Origin: Aulosira sp. ZfuVER01
Lineage (GTDB): Bacteria; Cyanobacteriota; Cyanobacteriia; Cyanobacteriales; Nostocaceae
Assembly (NCBI GenBank): GCA_034530615.2
Contig: JAVRCV020000031.1
Coordinates: 32,001 to 96,000, forward strand
DNA: 64,000 nt
Direction: 5' to 3'
This document shows, one piece after another, positions 50,778 through 62,723 of the stretch. The notes under the pieces are model-generated. The model was not told the DNA's origin. It did not search any database and saw only the letters and a program-made list of their open reading frames with translations. Both the position numbers and the translations under genes were made by a program. Position 1 is the first letter of the stretch. The number at the start of each line of letters is the position of its first letter.

Positions 50778-51221
50778 CTAATGACTCGGGGAACTACCCA
50801 CATTAATGTTTTCATTCAACTTGCGAATTAGACGCGATAGCTCACGAATGATATTGACTGCGATTTCGGGAGTTTCTTCTATGGCATCATAAAGTTGCTC
50901 TTGCGTTAGTTCCAAACAATCACAAGGCTCCAAAGTTGTTGCGGAAGCAGAACGGGGTTGTGTGTCAAAAACTGCCATTTCGCCAAAGTACTTTCCCTTA
51001 TCTACCTCTGCCAATTTTTTATCGCCAATGTGAACTTTGACACGACCAGACACGACAATATAGAGCGATCGCCCTTCTTCTCCTTGCCTAAAGATGGCAT
51101 GATTAGATGGAAATGACAGCTCGTTCATCACGGAAGCAAGCCGCACAATAAAGTCATCCCGCAATTCCTTAAAAATGGGGACTCGCCGCACAAATAATAA
51201 ACGGTCAACACTGGTTAACAT
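50778..51221 (-). CDS. Stand-alone cyclic nucleotide-binding domain protein
   Basis: IFRQGEEG, SGRV, FGEMA...PRSASA. Confidence 0.9.
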   Translation of the reverse strand: MLTSVDRLLFVRRVPIFKELRDDFIVRLASVMNELSFPSNHAIFRQGEEGRSLYIVVSGRVKVHIGDKKLAEVDKGKYFGEMAVFDTQPRSASATTLEPCDCLELTQEQLYDAIEETPEIAVNIIRELSRLIRKLNENINVGSSPSH

Positions 51222-51396
51222 GATCGCGAGTTAAAAATCAAACATTATTTTAGGTCATTTTTAACTAGTTAGTAGGATAGCACCCCTGGTTAGCTGGGCG
51301 CAGAAGAGACAGTGCAGTCTTACGGGTTAACTGCCGTGAATGGAACACAGGACAATAATTGATAGCTGTAATTTAGCTAAAAGGTAGCTACCAAGA

Positions 51397-54300
51397 ATGT
51401 TTTGGAAATGGTGCTTAAGACTATTAATAGTATTCCTGGGGCTGTGGCTACTCTTAGAACTGGGTTCGCGGCTAGGAGTAGAAAGTTTCTGGTTTCAGGA
51501 AGTTGGCTATTTGCAAGTATTTCTGTTGAGGTTGGTGACTAGGGGCGGTTTATGGCTATTGGTAGTAAGTATAAGTGCTGCCTATATCCTGGGAAACCTG
51601 CGGTTGGCACAGCGGTTGAAGTATCCTCGGTTTCTGAAGATTGAGCAAGTTAGACGCGAGGAAGCAGAACTTAGTAGTGAACTCAAACACTTTATCAGTC
51701 CTCAGTATTCTAGAAGTGATGAAACCCAAGCACCGAATACGCGCCGTTTTATAACATTAAGATTGCGCTGGCTGCTATCTCTAGCTTTGGGATTGAGCTT
51801 GTTAGTAGGGTTGATGCTGGCTCACTACGCTCTGATTATTTGGTCGTATTGGTCTGCTGACGTTAACAAGGCTAGTCTACCTGTTAACGCGGTGTTAGAA
51901 CTAGAAACCTTCTGGCAGTTAGGAAGACAAATCATTTCCCAAGCCTGGTATCTTGGCTTAGTTGTGGGAATAGCGATCGCGATTTTAATTTATCCCCGAT
52001 TTTTGCTGAGGGCGATCGCTATTTTGTTGAGTTTCCTCTTTGGGCTGATAGCTTACCAAAATTGGGCAAAGGTGCTGCAATATTTTCATCCCACCGCTTT
52101 TAACAGCAACGATCCTCTATTTAGACGAGATATTAGCTTTTATATATTTTCCCTACCACTCTGGGAACTTTTAGAACTTTGGCTGATGGGGTTATTTTTG
52201 TACAGTTTTCTTGCTATTAGCCTCACCTATCTCCTATCAGCAGACAGTCTCAGTCAGGGAATTTTTCCTGGGTTTTCACCACCACAGCAGCGTCATTTAT
52301 ATGGTTTGGGTGGTGCATTGATGTTGCTGGTTGGTCTGAGTTATTTGTTGAGTCGCTATGAATTAGTGTATTCGTCCCGTGGGGTAAGTTATGGTGCTAG
52401 TTATACCGATGTTATGGCACAATTGCCAGCTTACAACATTTTGTGTGTGCTAGCAGTGGCGATCGCTTTCTACCTATTGTGGCGAACCATTTTCTGGAAA
52501 CCCAAATCTTCACTACGAAAATTTGTATTTTATGGATTAGGCATTTATCTGCTGTTAGTAGTAGTTGGTGGTTTTCTCATACCCACGCTGGTGCAATATT
52601 TAGTGGTTGAACCCAATGAATTACAACGAGAGCAACCTTATATTCAGCGTACTATTGCCTTGACGCGACAAGCATTCGATTTAGAAGCGATAGATGCGAG
52701 AATTTTTAACCCCCAAGGTCAATTAACTGAAGCAGATCTCAAAAAAAATGAACTAACAATTCGTAATATTCGCCTTTGGGATCAGCGACCATTGTTAGAA
52801 ACTAACCGTCAGTTGCAGCAAATTCGACCTTATTATCGGTTTCCTGATGCTGATATTGACCGCTACACTCTACAAACAGATATAATTGCCAGCCGACCAG
52901 CTGCACCACCAGCAAATCCCGAACAAAAACCTACAGTTAACACAGAACAACGGCAGGTATTAATTGCTGCGCGGGAGTTAGACTACAGTGCTGTACCCCA
53001 GCAAGCTCAAACTTGGGTAAACCGCCATCTCATTTATACCCACGGTTTTGGTTTTACCCTTAGCCCAGTGAATACAGTTGCACCGGGTGGATTACCTGAG
53101 TATTTTGTCAAAGATATTAGCGGTGATAGCAGCGCCCTCACAACCTCCAGTACAGCGATTCGCGATAGTATTCCTATTGGTCAGCCACGGATTTATTACG
53201 GTGAAATTGCTAATAACTATGTAATGACTGGTACAAGAGTTAGAGAACTCGACTATCCCAGTGGTAGCGACAATGTTTACAACACTTATGATGGACGAGG
53301 TGGAATTACCATTGGTGCAACCTGGCGGAAGTGGCTATTTGCCATGTATTTAAAAGATTGGCAGATGGCGCTGACAAGGGATTTTTTACCAGATACAAAA
53401 GTTTTGTTGCGACGAAATGTCAAGCAACGGATTCGAGCGATCGCACCTTTTTTACGATATGACAGTGACCCTTATTTAGTTGTCGCCAATGCCAATCTCG
53501 ACAATCAAGACTTCTCGACTAATCAAAATTATCTTTACTGGATTGTTGATGCCTACACAACAAGTCATCACTATCCCTACTCAGACACTGATAAGGATGG
53601 GATTAACTACATTCGTAATTCCGTCAAAGTTGTAATTGATGCTTACAACGGCACTGTTAACTTTTATATTGCCGATGCTAATGACCCGATAATTACCACC
53701 TGGCAGAAAATTTTCCCTAAACTATTTAAACCGTTGAGTACGATGCCTGCAACTCTCAGCAGCCATCTCCGCTATCCGGTAGACTTTTTCAAAATTCAAT
53801 CTGAACGGTTGATGACTTACCACATGACCGATACTCAGGTATTTTACAACCGGGAAGACCAATGGCAGATCCCTAACGAAATCTATGGCAGTAAAGCTCG
53901 TTCTGTAGAACCATATTATTTGATTACCAGCCTACCCAACGTATCCTTGGAAGAATTTATCCTGCTGCTGCCTTATACTCCCAAACAACGGACTAATTTA
54001 ATTGCTTGGTTAGCAGCGCGATCGGATGGCAAGAACTACGGTAAGTTGTTTTTATATGTCTTTCCTAAGGAACGCTTAGTTTACGGCCCAGAGCAAATTG
54101 AAGCCAGAATTAACCAAGACCCAGTAATTTCTCAGCAAATTTCTCTATGGAATCGCCAAGGTTCGAGAGTCATTCAGGGTAATCTCTTAGTGATACCGAT
54201 AGAACAATCCCTGCTTTACGTTGAACCAATTTATTTAGAAGCGACACAAAATAGCTTACCCACTCTAGTGCGGGTAGTCGTAGCTTATGAAAACCGAATT

Positions 54301-54408
54301 GTGATGGCCCAAACCTTAGAACAGTCGTTACAAGCAATCTTTCAACCACAAGTAACACCAGCCCCTGCTATTATCCGTCCTGTAGAGGAGGCTCCTTCAC
54401 CCAATTAG
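51397..54408 (+). CDS. UPF0182 family membrane protein
   Basis: [48 protein letters not shown]. Confidence 0.92.
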   Translation: MFWKWCLRLLIVFLGLWLLLELGSRLGVESFWFQEVGYLQVFLLRLVTRGGLWLLVVSISAAYILGNLRLAQRLKYPRFLKIEQVRREEAELSSELKHFISPQYSRSDETQAPNTRRFITLRLRWLLSLALGLSLLVGLMLAHYALIIWSYWSADVNKASLPVNAVLELETFWQLGRQIISQAWYLGLVVGIAIAILIYPRFLLRAIAILLSFLFGLIAYQNWAKVLQYFHPTAFNSNDPLFRRDISFYIFSLPLWELLELWLMGLFLYSFLAISLTYLLSADSLSQGIFPGFSPPQQRHLYGLGGALMLLVGLSYLLSRYELVYSSRGVSYGASYTDVMAQLPAYNILCVLAVAIAFYLLWRTIFWKPKSSLRKFVFYGLGIYLLLVVVGGFLIPTLVQYLVVEPNELQREQPYIQRTIALTRQAFDLEAIDARIFNPQGQLTEADLKKNELTIRNIRLWDQRPLLETNRQLQQIRPYYRFPDADIDRYTLQTDIIASRPAAPPANPEQKPTVNTEQRQVLIAARELDYSAVPQQAQTWVNRHLIYTHGFGFTLSPVNTVAPGGLPEYFVKDISGDSSALTTSSTAIRDSIPIGQPRIYYGEIANNYVMTGTRVRELDYPSGSDNVYNTYDGRGGITIGATWRKWLFAMYLKDWQMALTRDFLPDTKVLLRRNVKQRIRAIAPFLRYDSDPYLVVANANLDNQDFSTNQNYLYWIVDAYTTSHHYPYSDTDKDGINYIRNSVKVVIDAYNGTVNFYIADANDPIITTWQKIFPKLFKPLSTMPATLSSHLRYPVDFFKIQSERLMTYHMTDTQVFYNREDQWQIPNEIYGSKARSVEPYYLITSLPNVSLEEFILLLPYTPKQRTNLIAWLAARSDGKNYGKLFLYVFPKERLVYGPEQIEARINQDPVISQQISLWNRQGSRVIQGNLLVIPIEQSLLYVEPIYLEATQNSLPTLVRVVVAYENRIVMAQTLEQSLQAIFQPQVTPAPAIIRPVEEAPSPN

Positions 54409-54594
54409 TAATCCCACAGCAGATTTATCAAAAAAGCACGGCTCTCTCAAGGTCATCAAGAAAGACGATAGTTAACAATATTGCTTGGTAATCCTACAAT
54501 TTGACATATAATCTTTAAAAAATTCGGCTTTGAGCCATTTTTCTGAGCTTAGTTTCAGATTTTATAGTTTACAAAATTTCAAAACCTACCAAAA

Positions 54595-55215
54595 ATGAAC
54601 AAGTTTATACCATTGTTACTAAGTGTGGCTTTAGTTAGTAACACTGTCGCTTGTAGTAAGCCAAACACTCAAATTTCCAACAATGCTAATTCTACCCAAA
54701 CTAGCAATACTCAAAATTCGCAAGTATCTATACCAGCAGGCACTAACTTGGATACTGTTCTTCAAAAAGAACTATCTACTGGTAAAAATGCCAATAATGA
54801 AGCCTTTAGTCTGCGAGTCAGAAACTCTGTAAAGGGTGTAAAACCTGACTTAAAAGATGCTGAAATTCAGGGACATTTAGAAAATGTAGTCAAAGCAGCT
54901 AGAGGTAAAAAAGCCAGTTTAAATCTAGTGTTTGATGAGATTACATTCAGAAATGGGGAAACTTACCCGATTGATGCGGCTTTAGTAAATACTCAGATAG
55001 AAACAAAAACGAAAGGCAAATTCATCCAGAACGCTGGTTTGATTTTAGGCGGAGCAGTTGGAGGCCATTTCGTTGGCAAAAAAACTAATGTGAAGCATGG
55101 TGGTTTAGCAGGTGCTGCTGCTGCAACTGCTTATGTTCTATCTAGTCCTGGTGGGGAAGTAGTCCTCAAAAAAGGTACAAAAATCAATCTTAAACTCAAA
55201 TCTGCTCTCAAATAG
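54595..55215 (+). CDS. Lipoprotein with TrbI/VirB10-like beta region and glycine zipper
   Basis: Lipobox TVAC; IPAGT.L, LVFDEI, GGAVGG...GGLAGAAA, V.LKKGT.I.LKL. Confidence 0.7.
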   Translation: MNKFIPLLLSVALVSNTVACSKPNTQISNNANSTQTSNTQNSQVSIPAGTNLDTVLQKELSTGKNANNEAFSLRVRNSVKGVKPDLKDAEIQGHLENVVKAARGKKASLNLVFDEITFRNGETYPIDAALVNTQIETKTKGKFIQNAGLILGGAVGGHFVGKKTNVKHGGLAGAAAATAYVLSSPGGEVVLKKGTKINLKLKSALK

Positions 55216-55514
55216 TACACAATAAAACGTATTAAACAATTACTGCTGGCATAAAATGATGGGTTCTGTAGGAAAGTTTTGGTAGTCAAACAGGAGGTAA
55301 AAATTCATTGATAGCTACCACAATTGCCAGCAGTGATTTAGCTAAAATTTTTGCCAATTCTTAACTGCTTTTCAGGTTAATAGATTTCACCCAATAGTAT
55401 TAGCAACATACCTATTTGGGAAGAATGTTGTTAGCAGTCCGATCGCATGAATTTAAGTTTGTTACATTTGAGTTTGAGATTGGACATCAAGCAGCAACAA
55501 GTATTCAGGGACTG

Positions 55515-56096
55515 ATGGCAGAGATAAATTGGAGAGGCAAACGCCAACGCCACTTATCTAGGATAATTGGCGCAGGATGGGTAGCGATCGCACTTTGCTT
55601 AACAGGATGTGAGCAAGCGATCGAGTATTTGCCACCCTTGCCGCGAATTAACATACCATCAAACCAGCTGCCACAACCGCCACAACTTGCTCAAAACCCC
55701 CAAACTGCTCAAATTGAGTCACAAGTTCGCCAACAAATCAACCAAGTGCGCCAAAAAAATGGACTTCAACCTCTACAAAACAATGAAAAATTGGCGCAGG
55801 TAGCCAGAAACTACAGTCGCCAAATGATCGAAAAAAACTTTTTCAGCCACACTGGATGGGATGGTAGTACTCTCAGTGAAAGAGTCCGCGCTGGCGGAAT
55901 CTTCTATTGGATGGTAGGAGAAAATTTGTTCAGAAGCAAAAATATTCCCCAGCCTGTACCAGCAGCCGTTGAGGGTTGGTTAGCAAGTCCCGGGCACCGA
56001 GAAAATCTTTTACGTCCAATGTTCAAGGAAACAGGTGTGGGAGTGTGGCGTCAAGGCAATACCTACATCATTACTCAGTTGTTTTTGCGCGGTTAA
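55515..56096 (+). CDS. CAP (SCP) domain protein, probable lipoprotein
   Basis: LTGC lipobox; INQVR, FFSHT, GENL, GWLASPGHRENL. Confidence 0.88.
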   Translation: MAEINWRGKRQRHLSRIIGAGWVAIALCLTGCEQAIEYLPPLPRINIPSNQLPQPPQLAQNPQTAQIESQVRQQINQVRQKNGLQPLQNNEKLAQVARNYSRQMIEKNFFSHTGWDGSTLSERVRAGGIFYWMVGENLFRSKNIPQPVPAAVEGWLASPGHRENLLRPMFKETGVGVWRQGNTYIITQLFLRG

Positions 56097-56122
56097 CAAT
56101 TTCGCGCGTAACAGCTTAGAAA

Positions 56123-56551
56123 TTAGTATCTGCCACTGGGTAAAATTAAAATATCGATCATTTCACCCAATACTAAGCCCAATACTGCTAAGACAGTTAA
56201 AACTAAAAAAGAATCTAGTTTTCTAAAGCCTGCAAAACGCATTTCTAAATCAGCTAAAAATGTCGTTGCTACAGGTATAAGGAAAAGACTAAATAGTAAT
56301 GACCAAGTTGCCACTAGAGCAATTGATAAACTTAAAAATAAAATAATTACTAAGGTTTGAGAGCCAAAATTCAATAGTTGCTCTAACCAAGAAATACTTT
56401 TTCTAGCTATAGCTAAAGCCACAGCAGCTATAAAACATCCTGCTAACCAAATAATGTGATGAGCAGCAAGATACCATCCTAAAAGCGTATAAGCTAGCCA
56501 GAGTAATGCTAAAGGTATCCAAGGAATTCTACTGTGAAAATCTATATTCAT
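56123..56551 (-). CDS. Hypothetical integral membrane protein
   Basis: Highly hydrophobic 142-aa ORF. Confidence 0.72.
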   Translation of the reverse strand: MNIDFHSRIPWIPLALLWLAYTLLGWYLAAHHIIWLAGCFIAAVALAIARKSISWLEQLLNFGSQTLVIILFLSLSIALVATWSLLFSLFLIPVATTFLADLEMRFAGFRKLDSFLVLTVLAVLGLVLGEMIDILILPSGRY

Positions 56552-57130
56552 AACTCTTAAAAAATCTCACAAATAAAACTAGGTCTTGATTTTAAATAGC
56601 TATTGCAACTGTATCTTTAATAAATCCAAAGATATTTATCTTGAATAAATGTTTTTAAAGTTTGTAAAAAAAATACTAATTTTTAATAATCTATTCAGTC
56701 TTTTGTTGATTAAAAACTTTAAAATCGGCTTTTCTCTCACGCAAATACTGTTAAGAGGTAATTAAGCAGTAGCCGTTCGCCAGTTAAGATGCGCATATAT
56801 TTTAACATAAATTTTCTATTTGCAAGTTAAACCAATTAATTTACTCCTTTAGATATATAGCTGTAATTAACAAGCAAAACTCTCGACAGATATACGATAA
56901 CTTTCCTTTTGCTAAACCTATAATTGAGGCTTTACATTTTGGCATTTCATGCCAACCAGTACACGATTTATAAAAATTATCTTCTCTGGTTAGATAATTT
57001 TAACTTATTGCAAAAAAATGTTGAGCAAAATGTACTGCCAGTTGCCATGTCAGCAATTTATATATGTAAGGATACTTACTAAGTACTGAAGCTCTCATTG
57101 CTCAAGTGATAATAATCAAAGGTAAAGAAT

Positions 57131-57535
57131 ATGTCTGTTGATTTAATACTGCAAAAGAATCTAGTTGCAGATGAGAATATTCATCAAGTAACGCAAAATG
57201 ATGTTAAATATGAGCCAGCAAAATCTAATAACTTTAACATACCTGATGTTGCCATATCTTTAACGCCTCTGGCTTTGCTTATCAGTTGGTTGGTGTTTTT
57301 TTTAATGTTACGCAAGAACCAAGTTGGTGGAGATAATAAAAAAAATTTTGTCATCAATAGTTTACATAAAGTTCCTTGTAAAAACTGTAAGTATTATTCA
57401 AGTAACCATTATCTTAAATGTGCAGTACAACCTTCTATTGTCATGACAGTAGAAGCTAAAAACTGCTCTGAATACTCGCCTCATAAGAGCAAACTGTCTG
57501 CTAAGAATTTCTTTGAAAGAGACGATCGCTCTTAG
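57131..57535 (+). CDS. Hypothetical TM protein with Cys motif (CxxC...C...C)
   Basis: PCKNCKYY...LKCAVQP...NCSEY after one TM helix. Confidence 0.75.
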   Translation: MSVDLILQKNLVADENIHQVTQNDVKYEPAKSNNFNIPDVAISLTPLALLISWLVFFLMLRKNQVGGDNKKNFVINSLHKVPCKNCKYYSSNHYLKCAVQPSIVMTVEAKNCSEYSPHKSKLSAKNFFERDDRS

Positions 57536-57882
57536 TAAATTGTGACTTTGGTTACTAATTGCAGTTGCCAGGAAATTGGGCGATCGCGCTTGACTCATCT
57601 CCTGATTTATTTATTCAGGCTTTACAGGCTATGAGCTTCATCTAGTCTACTGTGTAGTTGCTTGTTGCTGTCTGAATCCAAAATATTTATGGAAATTTTG
57701 CAAAAATTATTATATCGACCTTAAAATATTGTGATAGTTTCTGGTATATTTGTCAGAACCATTCGCATAAAAAGCTAGATTCTGGCTTTTATAGTCGTAA
57801 TTGTTAGCACAACGAAAATTTATCTTTTTGAATTAATTAAGTGCCTTTTTAAATAAGGGCAAATTTTAAGCAATTTATACTT

Positions 57883-58080
57883 ATGATTCTTACCCTAATT
57901 TTAGCTTGGATCGTATTTGCAGTATTGTGGAAAATCCTGAAAACGACCGTAAGAACTGCACTGACTATAGCGGCGATCCTAGTCTTATTACAAATAGGTT
58001 TTGGCATTACTCCGCAAGATATTTTGTATCAGATAATGCGTTTGCCTGAAACCTTGTCCCAAATACGTAGTGGCAAGTGA
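57883..58080 (+). CDS. Small membrane protein (65 aa)
   Basis: Two TM helices; KTT.RTAL.IA...FGITPQ. Confidence 0.7.
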   Translation: MILTLILAWIVFAVLWKILKTTVRTALTIAAILVLLQIGFGITPQDILYQIMRLPETLSQIRSGK

Positions 58081-58130
58081 TCGGGATAAAGGATGAAGTA
58101 GCAAAATTTTCATCCTTTATTCTTTCGCTA

Positions 58131-58631
58131 TCAATTATTGTGTATTGCGGAAATCTTTGCTAGGGCATCTTTGACACTTGCAGGTAGCTGACGCATGATC
58201 TTACCTCGCTCACGATCTAATGCTACTAAAGTCACTTTGGCAGTTACATACAATTCTTGTCCATCGGTTGAGACAATAGCATAATCCCAATTGATCCGCA
58301 CACCAGTCACATCAGCCATGCGGGTTTTAACTAACACTGCCATACCTAATTGGATAGAACGATGGTAGCGTACAGAAAGTTCTACAACTGGTAAGTCGCA
58401 ACCTAAAGCTACTAAATCAGCATATTCAATGCCAATAGAACGCAAGCATTCTATCCGTGCCTCTTCCATCCAAGCTATATAGGAACCATGCCAGACAACG
58501 CCCGTATAATCGGTATGGTGAGGTTGAACTCTCACAGGATAGGCAAACCAATTGTCAAATGCATGATTTAATGACTTTTCAATGGCACTAGTGGGTGGTA
58601 GTTCGGGTTGACTTGGTTTTCCTGGTGACAT
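58131..58631 (-). CDS. Acyl-CoA thioesterase (YbgC/4HBT family)
   Basis: TDYTGVVWHGSY..WMEEAR. Confidence 0.9.
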   Translation of the reverse strand: MSPGKPSQPELPPTSAIEKSLNHAFDNWFAYPVRVQPHHTDYTGVVWHGSYIAWMEEARIECLRSIGIEYADLVALGCDLPVVELSVRYHRSIQLGMAVLVKTRMADVTGVRINWDYAIVSTDGQELYVTAKVTLVALDRERGKIMRQLPASVKDALAKISAIHNN

Positions 58632-58833
58632 CTTGTAATTTCTGAGTAACTATGAATTTCTTCTTTTGACATAGCATAAAAATCAGTTACTGAGAATTGG
58701 GAGCGCTCATCCAAGAATCCTATAACTTCTTATAAAACCAAGTGCAGCTATGGTTTCATAGTTGTGGGTAGTGTCAAATTGTAGAATTTACAAATTTTGC
58801 ATTGACGCTGCCAAAAATAGGAGGTGTTTGGTT

Positions 58834-60906
58834 ATGCTGTCATATCTTCAGCGTTTCAGTGTTGTTTTTGTTACTAGTCTTGTCTTTTTAGGTTCTGGGT
58901 GTAGCCAGATTAAGAATCAACAGGTAAATTCAAATGTTAGCCCACAGCCAAAATCCACAGAAACAACTCAGCCTTCTCCTATTGACCAGAAAGGCTCACA
59001 AATCAGAGTAATCAACACAGAGGCGATGAAAATCTCTGAGCAAGGTCAGTTAAAAGAAGCTTTGCAGAGATTAGAACAAGCTTTAGCCATTAGCAGAGAT
59101 GTGGCAGACCGTTATTGGGAAGCTGTAACTTTGAACAACATTGGCAGAATCTACCAAAAACAAGCCAATTACTCTCAAGCTCTCCAATCTTATCAGCAAG
59201 CTTTATTGATTAATCGAGAACTTGGCGATCGCGTCCAACTCGGTAAAACCTATAGTAATATCGGTTACTTATTTGATGTCCAGAACCAACCAGAGTTAGC
59301 AATTTTCTTTTACAAGCATTGTCTAATTAATCGTGAGACGGCGCGGCTAAATCCATCACTGCTTGCGGAACCGCAGCCAGAAGCCTACAGCATCACTGTT
59401 ACCCAAACTTATCGCATTTTAGGTGACAAACTGCTGAAACAAGGACGTGTGGCAGAAGCACAACGAACTATGGATTTGCTCAAAGTTGAAGAAGTAGAGG
59501 GTTTTATCCAAGGGGTGCGTGGTAATGACAAAACTGCTAAAGGCATTGATATTATCCCCGAAGAAAAAGCCACTAAACAAAAGTTAGAGCAAACCCTGGA
59601 TAATGCTGTAGAACTCGGTAAGGAATTAACAAAACTACGCAAAATTTCCCCCGAACAGCGATCGCCACAAGACAAACAACGTATCGAGCAATTAGTATTA
59701 AGTCAGCAACAACTCTTAAAGCAATTTAACGATTTTATTTCCAGTCCACCAGTTAGGTCACAGTTGGATCAAATTAGCCGTACCGCCAAGCGACAAAGTT
59801 TGGATTTGGAAAGTATCAACGAACTCCGGGATAATTTAGCCAAGTTACCCCAAAAATCTATATTAATTTATCCCTTAGTGCTGCAAGATAGCTTGGAATT
59901 AGTAGTAGTAAGTCCGGAGGCTGTGCCCATTCATCGCACAGTTGCTGTAACGAGGGAGCAGCTAAACCAGGCAATTGCGGCTTTCCGCCAAGACCTACAA
60001 AATCCTCGGAGTAATAATGCCAAAAAAACTGGAAGCCAGTTGTATAACTGGCTGATCAAACCAATAGAAAATGACATCAAAATTTCAGGTGCCAAGCAAC
60101 TAATTTACGCACCAGATGACCAGTTACGCTATATTCCTCTAACTGCTTTGTATGATGGCAAGCAATGGCTAATTGAGCGCTTTAGCGTCAATTACATTAC
60201 TGCTGCTAGCCTGAGTAACTTCAACACCCCTCCCCAATCAAAATTCCGGGTTTTAGCTGGTGCTTTTACTAAGGGTAACTATCAAGTTGAGGTAGGTAAT
60301 CAACGACTGGCTTTTTCTGGTTTACCATTTGCTGGACAAGAAGTAGAAAGTTTAGCCGCCACTATTCCCGGAACGCAAAAACTGATCGATGAAGCCTTCA
60401 GCCCCCAAGCTACTGTACCGCAAATGGATGATTACACGATTGTCCATTTAGCTACTCATGCTGCTTTTGTGATGGGTCAACCAGAAGACTCATTTATTTT
60501 ATTTGGCAATGGCGATCGCGTTAATCTCAAAGATGTCGCCACTTGGTCTTTACCCCATGTCGATTTGGTAGTTTTAAGCGCTTGTGAAACCGGCTTGGGA
60601 GGTAAATTAGGTAATGGTGAGGAAATTTTAGGCTTTGCTTACCAAATGCAAAAAACAGGCGCTAGAGCAACTATTGCTTCCCTGTGGTCTGTAGATGATG
60701 GTGGTACTCAAGCATTGATGAGTGCTTTTTACACCCTGTTATCCTCAGGTAAGCTAACCAAAGCAGAAGCTTTGCGACAAGCACAAATTGCATTAATTGC
60801 TGGAGACTCGAAGGGAAAAAATAACGCTATTCCTATAGCAACAAGCAGTGGCCTCAGCCATCCCTACTATTGGGCCCCGTTTATTCTGATTGGTAATGGG
60901 TTGTGA
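58834..60906 (+). CDS. TPR + CHAT domain (caspase-like) protein, probable lipoprotein
   Basis: GSGC lipobox; TPR motifs TLNNIG and YSNIG; CHAT dyad HLATHA and LSACETG; HPYYWAPF. Confidence 0.9.
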   Translation: MLSYLQRFSVVFVTSLVFLGSGCSQIKNQQVNSNVSPQPKSTETTQPSPIDQKGSQIRVINTEAMKISEQGQLKEALQRLEQALAISRDVADRYWEAVTLNNIGRIYQKQANYSQALQSYQQALLINRELGDRVQLGKTYSNIGYLFDVQNQPELAIFFYKHCLINRETARLNPSLLAEPQPEAYSITVTQTYRILGDKLLKQGRVAEAQRTMDLLKVEEVEGFIQGVRGNDKTAKGIDIIPEEKATKQKLEQTLDNAVELGKELTKLRKISPEQRSPQDKQRIEQLVLSQQQLLKQFNDFISSPPVRSQLDQISRTAKRQSLDLESINELRDNLAKLPQKSILIYPLVLQDSLELVVVSPEAVPIHRTVAVTREQLNQAIAAFRQDLQNPRSNNAKKTGSQLYNWLIKPIENDIKISGAKQLIYAPDDQLRYIPLTALYDGKQWLIERFSVNYITAASLSNFNTPPQSKFRVLAGAFTKGNYQVEVGNQRLAFSGLPFAGQEVESLAATIPGTQKLIDEAFSPQATVPQMDDYTIVHLATHAAFVMGQPEDSFILFGNGDRVNLKDVATWSLPHVDLVVLSACETGLGGKLGNGEEILGFAYQMQKTGARATIASLWSVDDGGTQALMSAFYTLLSSGKLTKAEALRQAQIALIAGDSKGKNNAIPIATSSGLSHPYYWAPFILIGNGL

Positions 60907-61174
60907 TGATTTACTGCTTCTTTGAAAATGCCAAATTTCTAAATTCTTTCCTCAAGTAAATTAATGTTTTTCACGATCTAAAATTTTTTCTTCGGAGAAA
61001 AATCACCCAACCTACTGGAATTATTATTCTTGGTCAGCCAGTCATAGAGAAATCAATTAACGGTAATGGTGAATAGGTAATAAATGAGTGACAACTAACT
61101 CATAATTACCAATTCCCAATTACCAGATAGCCATTTGTACTTGTTTTGCAATAACCCATTAGATGCAAGAATCC

Positions 61175-61522
61175 TTAAAACTTCTTGGCGAGGGCTTTAT
61201 TAGCTGTAGTACAGGCTGGTGCTGCTTGCTTGACAATATTAGCAAGCTCTTGTAGCTGATTAATCGCTTCCGCACCTTCTAACTTCATTAATTCGCGGTC
61301 ATCACGCATTTCTGTCCAAGTAATTCCGTAGTCGGATACTAAAAACCGAATTAAGTGATTATCTCCCAAGCTCACCATAAATGAAGCACTATTCATCTGG
61401 TCGCCACAGGTATAACAGGACGCAGGATATCCGCGTCGCTCCAGTACAATTGCTAAGGCTTGCAGGTTCATTACCAAGTCTTGAACGAATTGCCGATGTT
61501 GATGCGCTAGTCTCAGAAACAC
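61175..61522 (-). CDS. DUF1815 family protein
   Basis: MF.RLA.QHR, ASCYTC, IRFLVSDYGI.W; GTG start after GGAGG. Confidence 0.82.
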   Translation of the reverse strand: MFLRLAHQHRQFVQDLVMNLQALAIVLERRGYPASCYTCGDQMNSASFMVSLGDNHLIRFLVSDYGITWTEMRDDRELMKLEGAEAINQLQELANIVKQAAPACTTANKALAKKF

Positions 61523-62409
61523 TTTTGTCCTCCAGACACCACAGTCATTTGAGTTTCTTTTATATTTTCTTTAGATTTTCTCATCCACTGGTATTGTAAA
61601 CTATCCATTACAATAACCAAATGTTTACGTAGACTTTTATTGACTACCTTGCTTAGGGTAGTGGATAACGGTTTTGAGTACCGTATCAAAGTATTCAGTT
61701 TGTAGACTCAAAATATCAGACAGAATTGCAAAATTTAAGATTGTATTTATGCGCTTCTGTCAGTTTAGATGCTTATGAGAAGCGATCCGCTTTAAGAGTA
61801 ACTTAAATTTGTCACTAGTCAACCATATAAAAGATACATATTGGATTTTACTTGACTAATGTAGCTATATCTCTTACTGGTAAAGGCTTTCAAACTATTT
61901 TTTGTAGCCTGAGTAACATAGGCTGGCTTAATGATTCAGTTTATTCTCTAACATCTGCTTGTTATACCCCAAGTAATTGATAGGCCGATTTACATTCTCC
62001 CTAATCTAGGGTGTTTGGCAGATGACCGTACAACTTAGAGATTTGGTATTCCCCACGACTGGATAAGTTAGTCGGTTTTGATTATACATTCGGTGTGTCG
62101 TTAGTCCAATGCCAAATGTAAAACCTAAAATCAATAGATTTAATACTGAGAATAACTCGTCTGAGAAAACCAGTGTTGCCATTTAGGCAAGATTTTCAGG
62201 GCTTGTGACATCATAGCGAAAATGTTGCCTAAGCTACTGAAAACTTATAAGGAATAATAGCAAAAAGTTACATAAAATACAGAAAATTTAATCATTAGGC
62301 GTAATTATGCGGTGTGAAGGGGACAGAGAAAGGGTAACAGCATAGAGAATATGTAATTAATTTTGTTTAGATACTTAACAGCAGTAATAGTTTTCGTTTT
62401 GTATAGATA

Positions 62410-62447
62410 CAGAGGAGGGGCACAAATACGATCGTGCCCCTCCTCTG
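62410..62447. terminator. Perfect 14-bp stem hairpin (REP-like or terminator) downstream of DUF2839
   Basis: CAGAGGAGGGGCAC-N10-GTGCCCCTCCTCTG; no U-tract on either side. Confidence 0.55.
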
Positions 62448-62507
62448 GAATTCAATATTCACTCAACGTCAAACCCACTTTGGCAATCATCATAGCGATC
62501 GCCAATG

Positions 62508-62723
62508 TCAAGATACTACTTGCCACCAACCGAAAGCTGGGCCGATAAAACGGATAGTTACCCAAGCTAGAACCATACCACCAATCCCAATCCAGGCACC
62601 GCGAGTAGACCAACGGACAAAGAGATCGGCTTGAGATTTAGTAATGGGAACCCAAGGTAAGATCCGAGTCTCTTGACCGTATTGTTCTCCAAGTTTACTT
62701 TTACGACGCTTTGCTTCACCCAT
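62508..62723 (-). CDS. DUF2839 family protein
   Basis: MGEAKRRK...GAWIGIG...RFIGPAFGWW. Confidence 0.87.
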   Translation of the reverse strand: MGEAKRRKSKLGEQYGQETRILPWVPITKSQADLFVRWSTRGAWIGIGGMVLAWVTIRFIGPAFGWWQVVS

